From the NCBI GenBank assembly GCA_964426735.1, contig CAYRRP010000001.1, positions 75,923 to 139,922 on the forward strand: 64,000 nt of DNA, written 5' to 3'. The notes below the pieces were generated by a model. It was not told the origin of the DNA, made no database searches, and worked only from the letters and a program-made list of their open reading frames with translations. Of this stretch, positions 36,952 to 44,869 are shown piece by piece (position 1 is the first letter of the stretch; every line of letters starts with the position of its first letter). Both the position numbers and the translations under genes were made by a program. This DNA is from an uncultured Candidatus Saccharibacteria bacterium (GTDB lineage: Bacteria; Patescibacteriota; Minisyncoccia; Phycocordibacterales; DATDWN01).

Positions 36952-37058
36952 GCAATTGAGCAAAGTTCTAGGCAGGCTAGGAAAATAATTGTAGGCGTAC
37001 TCGTTGTACGATGGAAATTATTTTCAGTAGCCTAACAACGAAATTTGCCAAGTGCGGA
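36952..37058 (-). repeat. ~105-nt intergenic repeat, copy C (inverted relative to A and B)
   Basis: The reverse complement aligns to copy A at about 80% identity over about 105 nt (TTGGCAAATTTCgTTGT ... AAAATAATT ... CGTAC ... AGTACG ... CAATTATTTTCCTAGC ... GAACTTTGCTCAA). Confidence 0.75.
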
Positions 37059-37073
37059 AGTTCTAGAAAACAT

Positions 37074-37598
37074 ATGGAGAAAGCTGTATTTGGAGGGGGC
37101 TGTTTCTGGTGTGTGGAAGCTGTGTTTAAAATGCTCAAAGGTGTGAGTGAGGTGTATCCAGGATACGCCGGAGGTACGGTGCCGAATCCAACTTACGAAC
37201 AGGTATGCACGGGAGATACCGGACATGCTGAGGTGGTAGTGGTGGAGTATGATCCTTCAGTTATTAAATATACAGATTTAATGACGGTGTTTTTTGCAAG
37301 CCACAATCCGACCGAGAAAAACAGGTAGGGGGCAGATGTGGGGACTCAGTACCGCTCTGTGATTTTCTATACAACAGAACGGCAAAAAGAAGATGCCTTC
37401 GCGTACATTAAGGAAATAGAGAGTGTGGGTGGAGGTAAGCCAATAGTCACTGAAGTAGAGCCTTTGACCGAAGTATATAAAGCAGAGGATTACCATAAAG
37501 ATTATTTAGCAAATCATCCATCCGCACCGTATTGTCAGATTGTTATTGAACCAAAACTCGACAAAGTAAAAGAGCGATTTGCAAAACTAATAAAATAG
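37074..37598 (+). pseudogene. msrA: peptide methionine sulfoxide reductase MsrA interrupted by an in-frame TAG
   Basis: [12 protein letters not shown] catalytic-Cys motif. ...[25 protein letters not shown] continues in the same frame. The TAG (37326-37328) replaces the conserved Gln (CAG) of the NRQGNDVGTQYRS block. Confidence 0.7.
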
Positions 37599-37690
37599 GC
37601 GAACTTCTTTGTTGGACGTCGGCAATTTGATTGTCATCGTACATTAGTACGCCTCCAATCAAATTCCTTGTCCGCCTCGAATTTCATCCT
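37597..37690 (+). repeat. ~105-nt intergenic repeat, copy B
   Basis: TAGGCGAACTTCTTTGTTGGACGTCGGCAATTTGATTGTCATCGTACATTAGTACGCCTCCAATCAAATTCCTTGTCCGCCTCGAATTTCATC. About 70% identical to copy A without gaps. Confidence 0.7.
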
Positions 37691-37713
37691 ATTTAATTAG
37701 TTTTGCTAGTGAC

Positions 37714-38121
37714 ATGTATAAATTAAATAATATAAAAACTATGGAAATTGACGAAGAAGAGTTGAAAGCAAAGCTTACTCCAGAGGAGTATAAGGTGTTG
37801 CGAGAAAAGGGAACTGAAGCTCCGTTTTCAGGTGCACTGTTGCATGATGAGCGAAGTGGTATGTATACATGCAAAGTGTGTGGGCAAGAACTTTTTGCCT
37901 CAGATGCAAAATTTGATTCAGGTACTGGTTGGCCAAGTTTTGATCAGGCTATACCGGGGAGTGTGGTAGAAACAGAAGATGTGTCGCATGGAATGTCTCG
38001 AACAGAGATTACGTGTTCACAATGTGGATCACACTTGGGGCATGTGTTTAATGATGGACCGACTGTTACAGGAAAGAGGTATTGTCTTAATTCAGTGTGC
38101 TTAGACCTAAAGGTCAAATAA
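37714..38121 (+). CDS. msrB: peptide methionine sulfoxide reductase MsrB
   Basis: Two CxxC zinc knuckles (CKVCGQ, CSQCGS) and the catalytic region [10 protein letters not shown]. Confidence 0.85.
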   Translation: MYKLNNIKTMEIDEEELKAKLTPEEYKVLREKGTEAPFSGALLHDERSGMYTCKVCGQELFASDAKFDSGTGWPSFDQAIPGSVVETEDVSHGMSRTEITCSQCGSHLGHVFNDGPTVTGKRYCLNSVCLDLKVK

Positions 38122-38678
38122 CGGCTCTGGTCTTTTTCACCAATCTCATCGTCTAAAATTAAAAAATACTCCTCACCTTACAAAAAGTAAGGCTCGTCAT
38201 ATTTTTAAATTTTATACGCGACCTTGGCGAAAAATCCACAGAGTGTGGTTATATGGCTTAGGATAAAGATAAAGTTATCCACCTGTGCGTATTTGCGATT
38301 AACCTAACTGTTAGGTAGTATATATGTATACAAAAATACCCACATTGTTGGACTAGATACGGTTGGTATAACAGCTTATCGATAAGTCTTAAGTGAGTTT
38401 TTCGGTCACCAGTTATACCAAATAGGATGGGATTGTATCTAGCCCAATAACAAGGGTATTTTTGCTTTGTTAATTTTACCTTATGGTGCTTAAAAAAGTT
38501 TGCAAAAAACAGTGGAAAACCCCTCTTTCTTCCCACCGCGATACAAAAGCAAACTGATGTAAAATATTGCATCAAATAATGGCTTCGATTAAAGCTTTTT
38601 TAGAACTTTATTTTACTACAACATATTTTTAGGAGAAAACATCTTTCCTTTTTAATTTTTTATGTTGTTTTAGTAAAA

Positions 38679-39974
38679 ATGAAATTAGAATTCATGTGTT
38701 TTGCTATAATGTTGTCTATGCAAGACTCAGGAATTCCTCTCGACATCGTCTTTTCTGTTAGCGAATATCTCGATGCGTTAAATCGCTCGCTTAAGAGTGT
38801 GCGGGCAAAAATACTCGGTGAAGTTTCAGGGATACAGGAGTATCCAGGGCGGAGTTATCTTTATTTTTCAATCAAAGACAAAAAGGATGGAAGTACAGCA
38901 AAGTGCTTCATGTGGAAGCAGGACTACAAAAACTCCGGAGTGTTGCTCGAAGAAGGGATGGAAATGATGATCACTGCATATCCAAATGTCTACAAACCAA
39001 ACGGAGGAATGACACTTCAAGTGGAGAGTGTGGAGCTTGTGGGGGAAGGTGCCCTGAAGATTGCATATGAAAAGCTTAAAGCACAGCTCGAAAAGGAAGG
39101 ACTTTTTGATGAAGCAAACAAAAAAGCACTTCCACTTCTCCCGCACCGTATCGGTATTATTACCTCAAAGAGTGGTGCAGTGATAAATGATTTCCTTTCA
39201 AATATTGGTAAGTATGGTTTTGAGCTTTTGTTTGTTGATTCAAAAGTGGAGGGTGAAGGTGCGGTCAAAGATCTTCTCTCTGCTCTCCGTACGCTCTACA
39301 CACAAAAGGTGGATGTACTCATACTGATGCGTGGAGGAGGTTCCCTAGAGTCATTTCAGGCTTTTAACAACGAGTCTGTGGTACGTGCAGTATCAAAGTT
39401 TAATGCGCCTGTGATTACCGGTATTGGGCACGACAAAGATGTTCCACTTATTTCTTTTGTGTCTGATAAAAATGTATCTACTCCCACTGCAGCAGCAAAT
39501 CTTTTAAACACCGGATGGAAAGAATCATTTCACGAGGTAACTTTAGTAGAAGAAAAAATACTTGGACGATTTGAAAAGCTCTTGCAAAATAATCGGTATG
39601 AATTGGAAAATGCAGAGCGTATAATTGAAGATAGTTTCTATACGGTATTTGAAAGGTTTAAAGAATATAGGGAAATACTTGTGCGGTCGCTTAAAGATGT
39701 AGGTAATACGATAGAGCGAATGAGCGAACAGATTAAAGAAGCACAGTATCGTATTATCCGAGGGTTTACAGAAGATGTAGAAAGAAAAAAAGATACAGTC
39801 GAACAATATGAAAAACTATTGATTCAGCAAAATCCAGAGCGACAACTCAAGCTCGGATGGAGTATTACGAGAAACAAGAATGGTCAGGTGGTACGAAGTG
39901 TGAAAGATGTGAAGAAAGGAGATGAGCTTGTGGTTTCGGTTTCAGATGGGATTATTCATACAATAACTAACTAA
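38679..39974 (+). CDS. xseA: exodeoxyribonuclease VII large subunit
   Basis: N-terminal OB-fold (SVSEYLDALNRSLKSV...ILGEVSG) and the catalytic core GIGHDKDVPLISFVSD...STPTAAAN. 431 aa. Confidence 0.8.
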   Translation: MKLEFMCFAIMLSMQDSGIPLDIVFSVSEYLDALNRSLKSVRAKILGEVSGIQEYPGRSYLYFSIKDKKDGSTAKCFMWKQDYKNSGVLLEEGMEMMITAYPNVYKPNGGMTLQVESVELVGEGALKIAYEKLKAQLEKEGLFDEANKKALPLLPHRIGIITSKSGAVINDFLSNIGKYGFELLFVDSKVEGEGAVKDLLSALRTLYTQKVDVLILMRGGGSLESFQAFNNESVVRAVSKFNAPVITGIGHDKDVPLISFVSDKNVSTPTAAANLLNTGWKESFHEVTLVEEKILGRFEKLLQNNRYELENAERIIEDSFYTVFERFKEYREILVRSLKDVGNTIERMSEQIKEAQYRIIRGFTEDVERKKDTVEQYEKLLIQQNPERQLKLGWSITRNKNGQVVRSVKDVKKGDELVVSVSDGIIHTITN

Positions 39975-39978
39975 TATA

Positions 39979-40194
39979 ATGAAAAAAACAGATTCAAAAA
40001 AGACGAATGATATCGGAGATATGCTCAAGAGACTCGGTGCGATTGTGTCCTGGTTTGAGTCTCAAAAAGAAATGGATGTAGAAAAAGCCCTTGAGCAAGT
40101 GAAAGAGGGTGTGATGCTGATTAAAGATTCAAAAGAACGTCTCAAGGAAATTGAAAATGAGTTTAAAGAAATTAAGAAGAGTATTGAAGATTAG
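39979..40194 (+). CDS. xseB: exodeoxyribonuclease VII small subunit
   Basis: 71-aa helical protein 4 nt after xseA; the LE.V..G helical pattern of XseB. Confidence 0.65.
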   Translation: MKKTDSKKTNDIGDMLKRLGAIVSWFESQKEMDVEKALEQVKEGVMLIKDSKERLKEIENEFKEIKKSIED

Positions 40195-40195
40195 G

Positions 40196-40224
40196 AAAAA
40201 AGAGGCCAAGCGGCCTCTTTTATT
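40196..40224. terminator. bidirectional rho-independent terminator
   Basis: AAAAAAGAGGCCAAGCGGCCTCTTTTATT. Confidence 0.8.
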
Positions 40225-40387
40225 CTTCCAGATCGTCGTCGGGAAGAAAACAAATAGTGCATTCTCGAGTGAGTTTTTTCCCAGTAGGGTGATTTGGCGG
40301 TTCAAGTAGACGCTTCAGCGTGTATTGTTTACAAACAGTACAGTATTCGCTGGTTGAACCTCGAAAGATTGCAGATTCTACAGACAC
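40220..40387 (-). CDS. unlisted small C4 zinc-ribbon protein (55 aa, GTG start)
   Basis: Strong SD GAGGAGG 8 nt upstream of a GTG. Encodes VSVESAIFRGSTSEYCTVCKQYTLKRLLEPPNHPTGKKLTRECTICFLPDDDLEE with CxxC-x24-CxxC. Stop codon runs straight into the terminator hairpin. Absent from the ORF track (under 60 aa, non-ATG start). Confidence 0.45.
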   Translation of the reverse strand: MSVESAIFRGSTSEYCTVCKQYTLKRLLEPPNHPTGKKLTRECTICFLPDDDLEE

Positions 40388-40416
40388 TGTAGATACCTCC
40401 TCTTAATAACCTATAC

Positions 40417-41463
40417 CTATCTCAACAATTCGTCAATTTTTGCTGCCACAATAAAGTCGTTGTCAGAGAGTCCTTTGATGGCATGTGTAGTGAGTACGAT
40501 CTTCACTTTATTGAAATCAAACAGGTGTAGATCTGGGTGGTGATTTTCAACATCTGCAATATGAGCCACTCTATTTACAAAGCGCATTGCCTCTCGAAAG
40601 TTTGTAAATTGTACAATCTTTTCAATATGCTTATCTTCAACAAGTACCCATTGATTGATTTGTTCAAGAAGGATCTCATTTTGTTCGTGGGTGAGTGGTG
40701 CAACACCTCCTTCGCACGGTACACATTCTTTTTGTGCAAGAGGATTCACTGGTTCGAAATGCTCGATAGGGATACCGTTGCGTACGGGAGCATTTTTAAT
40801 AATATCAATAATCTCATCCTCATTATCAGTAATAGTAAAGAGTGTTAGATCTTCTGGTTCAATAGTCTTTCTAAACAACAACTCTTTTTTCATTGTTTCA
40901 TACATTTCATCCCAGAATTCATGTCCCACAAGAATAATAGGTACTCGTTCGATTTTTTTTGTTTGGACAAGAGTTACTACTTCAAAAAATTCATCAAGTG
41001 TACCAAAACCTCCCGGGAAAAAGATATATGCTTCTGCTGCAAAAGAAAGACATACTTTACGGCTAAAGAAGTAATAAAAATCAAGATGTTTCGTAAGGTA
41101 AGGATTTACAATCTGTTCTCGAGGGAGTTGGATGGTAAGTCCGGCTGACTCTCCGCCAGCTTCAAATGCCCCTTTGTTTGCTCCTTCCATAATACCGGGT
41201 CCTCCACCAGTGACGATTGCGTAGTTGAGTTCTTTTGCAATACGAAATGCAAGTGCTTCGGCTTTTTTATAAAATATATTATCGGGACCAAGATTTACTC
41301 CGCCAAAAAAAGTCACTGACCGTGGAAGATCTTCAAGAAAACTAAAACCTTCTTTAAATTCTCGGCTAATTAAAGAAATGCGCTCGTGTGCAGCGGCATG
41401 CATTTCTTTTTTTGTTAATGTTTTGAATTCTGTTTTTTCGCGGATTATTTTTTTTTCACTCAT
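40417..41463 (-). CDS. LOG-family (TIGR00730) nucleotide phosphoribohydrolase fused to pterin-4a-carbinolamine dehydratase (PCD/DCoH) domain
   Basis: 348 aa. N-terminal LOG motifs GGGPGIMEG and PGGFGTLDE. The C-terminal about 95 aa carries the PCD signature ENHHPDLHLFDFNKVKIVLTTHAIKGLSDNDFIVAAKIDEL. Confidence 0.75.
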   Translation of the reverse strand: MSEKKIIREKTEFKTLTKKEMHAAAHERISLISREFKEGFSFLEDLPRSVTFFGGVNLGPDNIFYKKAEALAFRIAKELNYAIVTGGGPGIMEGANKGAFEAGGESAGLTIQLPREQIVNPYLTKHLDFYYFFSRKVCLSFAAEAYIFFPGGFGTLDEFFEVVTLVQTKKIERVPIILVGHEFWDEMYETMKKELLFRKTIEPEDLTLFTITDNEDEIIDIIKNAPVRNGIPIEHFEPVNPLAQKECVPCEGGVAPLTHEQNEILLEQINQWVLVEDKHIEKIVQFTNFREAMRFVNRVAHIADVENHHPDLHLFDFNKVKIVLTTHAIKGLSDNDFIVAAKIDELLR

Positions 41464-41553
41464 AAGAGTATTGTACCTTGAGCAAGTCCATAAAGTCTAT
41501 AAAGTCAAAAGTCCATCAAGTCATGATGCATATGCATTTACTTTAGACTTTTT

Positions 41554-42294
41554 TTAAAGACCTAAAGAATTTAGAAAAGTTTCTCTTTCTTCGTTGACAA
41601 TTTCTCGATACTGTCCGGGTTTTGTATCATTAAGAAGAATATTTTGAACGCGCACTCGTTTGAGATCGATGACAGTGTAGCCGAGCTTTTCGGTCATGCG
41701 GCGGATTTGTCGGTTTTTACCTTCAGTCATGGTGATAGAGAAAGTTGCTTCTTTGATTTTCTTCATTTTGGTTGGTCGAGTGACATATGGTTCTTGTTTA
41801 CTGCCGATATCGACACCTTCTGCCATGTTACGCAAAAAACCAGGAGTGAACTTTTTGTTGACGGTCACCACATATTCTTTTTCGTGGTTTTTGTCGGGGT
41901 TCAAGAGTCGGTCAGTGATGCGCCCATCATTGGTGAGTATGATAAGTCCATATGAATCTTTGTCGAGACGTCCGACAGGGAATACTCGAGTGCGATAATG
42001 TACCGCGTCAACAATTTCTTGATCGTCTCCTTGTGCGTTTGAGCTCACCATTCCTTTTGGTTTGTTGTATGCAAGATATACATACTGGTTTGGTTTGCGT
42101 TTTTGACTCACAACCACTACATCTGCTTCGGTAACTTTGTCTCCAAGTGCCGCTTTTTTACCGTTTATAGTGACTAAGCCCTTGGTTATAATGTCGTCCG
42201 CTCCGCGTCGAGTAGCGTAACCTTTGTCAGCCAGATATTTATTGATACGAATAGTTTTTTGTTCCATATACTTCACTATAGCACTATATTTCAA
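41554..42294 (-). CDS. pseudouridine synthase, RsuA/RluB family
   Basis: N-terminal S4 domain (RINKYLADKGYATRRGADDIITKGLVTING) and catalytic PVGRLDKDSYGLIILTNDG. Start may be at MEQKTIR. Confidence 0.8.
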   Translation of the reverse strand: MKYSAIVKYMEQKTIRINKYLADKGYATRRGADDIITKGLVTINGKKAALGDKVTEADVVVVSQKRKPNQYVYLAYNKPKGMVSSNAQGDDQEIVDAVHYRTRVFPVGRLDKDSYGLIILTNDGRITDRLLNPDKNHEKEYVVTVNKKFTPGFLRNMAEGVDIGSKQEPYVTRPTKMKKIKEATFSITMTEGKNRQIRRMTEKLGYTVIDLKRVRVQNILLNDTKPGQYREIVNEERETFLNSLGL

Positions 42295-42307
42295 ATTTAA
42301 ATATGGT

Positions 42308-42775
42308 ATGATGTTTGGTATGAGAACACTAAAAAGAAACGAATGGATTGCTGTTTCAGTGTCTTTATTTGTAATCGGATTCTTTTTTCTCTTTGGAGAA
42401 AATATATTAAGTATTATAAATCGAAATGAGTCTTCTTATTCAAAAAATATGAATACATCAGAAATTATTATTGAAGATACAGTTGTTGGTACAGGACAGG
42501 AAGCATTGCCTGGTCGCCAGGTGACTGTGGAGTACACAGGAAAATTTACCAATGGAAAGGTGTTTGATACATCAGTGGGACGAGGACCTTTTTCATTTGT
42601 GTTAGGTGCGGGACAGGTGATACAGGGATGGGATAAAGGAGTGGTAGGTATGAAGGTGGGTGGCAAACGGATGCTCACTGTACCGCCTGAATATGGATAT
42701 GGGGCAAATGATTATGGTCCGATTCCAGGAGGATCAACACTTGTGTTTGAGGTTGAGTTGCTTGGAGTAGAATAA
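42308..42775 (+). CDS. FKBP-type peptidyl-prolyl cis-trans isomerase, membrane-anchored
   Basis: N-terminal TM helix and the FKBP core VTVEYTGKFTNGKVFDTS...FVLGAGQVIQGWDKGVVGMKVGGKRML. Confidence 0.85.
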   Translation: MMFGMRTLKRNEWIAVSVSLFVIGFFFLFGENILSIINRNESSYSKNMNTSEIIIEDTVVGTGQEALPGRQVTVEYTGKFTNGKVFDTSVGRGPFSFVLGAGQVIQGWDKGVVGMKVGGKRMLTVPPEYGYGANDYGPIPGGSTLVFEVELLGVE

Positions 42776-42783
42776 GACAAGTT

Positions 42784-42812
42784 GAAACCCGCTCTAGGCG
42801 GGTTTCTTGTTG
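42784..42812 (+). terminator. rho-independent terminator
   Basis: GAAACCCGCTCTAGGCGGGTTTCTTGTT. Confidence 0.75.
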
Positions 42813-43094
42813 AGAGGGGAACGATTTTTCAACCCCGCGTTCCAAGACGATACCCACCATTTTTCTTGGTTGCCTTTCCGAAGGGTTTGTTTGGAGGGGC
42901 AGTCTCTTCACTGATGGGTGGTTCGGTTTTGAGCTTACTCTTGAGGGAGATACCTACAGTAAATCCAATCAAGATGATAAGTGACATGGCACCCCAAAAA
43001 TCAAAAGCCATCTTAAGGGGATGGGTTGGATGGGGTGTTTTTGTTTGAGCAGAAATCGTAGCTTGGTGCAAGGAGCCTCCTGCTAAAAATCTAA

Positions 43095-44342
<1,248 letters not shown>

Positions 44343-44618
44343 TATAATTTAAAACAACACGCATAAACTTTTGGTAAAGTTTTGCTATGCTCGCCAATCA
44401 AGAAAAATAATTGACTTCTGACGGCTACCTTCTCGCAAACTCGTCGAGGAATACCTCTCCTCAAACAGTGCTTCAGGTTGCGCCGTCTCTGATGAGTACA
44501 TCAGGCAGTCGTTATTTTCTAATTGGCTGTGCAATGTTGTTTTTAAATTACATTAAAATAAACTGAATGCTGTTGCAATTATTTTGAGATTGTTTTATTC
44601 TAAATTCAGGAGGTGTAT

Positions 44619-44826
44619 ATGCGAATTGATTTTCGCAAATGGAATGGTTCTTGAACGAAGGGAGGTGGTAAACCTACGGCACACCTCCTGTGTGCTGGCG
44701 GGTGAAATCCCGCAAAGATGAATATTGAGGAAAGGGGAAGGTGGAGGAGGTGAAATTGCTATCCCTGTAGCTTTTATCACCTCCTTTCACATCATTCTCG
44801 TAGACGGCATATGCCGTTTTTTCTTT
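44619..44826 (+). promoter_or_regulatory. structured leader upstream of uvrB: SD plus 11-codon ORF, GC-rich hairpins, intrinsic terminator
   Basis: AGGAGGTG-N5-ATG encoding MRIDFRKWNGS (44619-44654). Then hairpins GGAGGTG...CACCTCC (twice) and GGCGGGTGAAATCCCGC. Ends with ACGGCATATGCCGT plus a T-run at 44803-44826, 44 nt before the uvrB start. Confidence 0.45.
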
Positions 44827-44869
44827 TGCATGCTCTGTATTTAAATTGTTCACGTGGTATAGTAATCTC

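Noticed and set aside
37326-37328. Stop-codon reassignment (alternative genetic code) as the explanation for the in-frame TAG in msrA
   Set aside because: TAA, TAG and TGA all terminate well-conserved genes at their expected ends elsewhere in the window (for example TAG at 4797 and 47629, TGA at 32138), so the standard code applies.
38258-38575. 105-aa minus-strand ORF in the long msrB-xseA spacer
   Set aside because: Low-complexity, with an unusual composition (many Cys/Trp/His/Tyr) and no RBS. It overlaps nested inverted repeats. More likely non-coding structured DNA or RNA than a protein.
42829-43071. 80-aa Pro-rich, one-TM ORF on the minus strand with a TTG start and an AGGAGG RBS
   Set aside because: The RBS spacing is only 4 nt, the start is non-canonical and the composition is odd. 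Kept as a possibility, but not called.
44480-44520. CTGATGAG motif reminiscent of a hammerhead ribozyme core
   Set aside because: No downstream GAAAC or stem II/III arrangement. It is simply part of a CTGATG-AGTAC-ATCAG hairpin.
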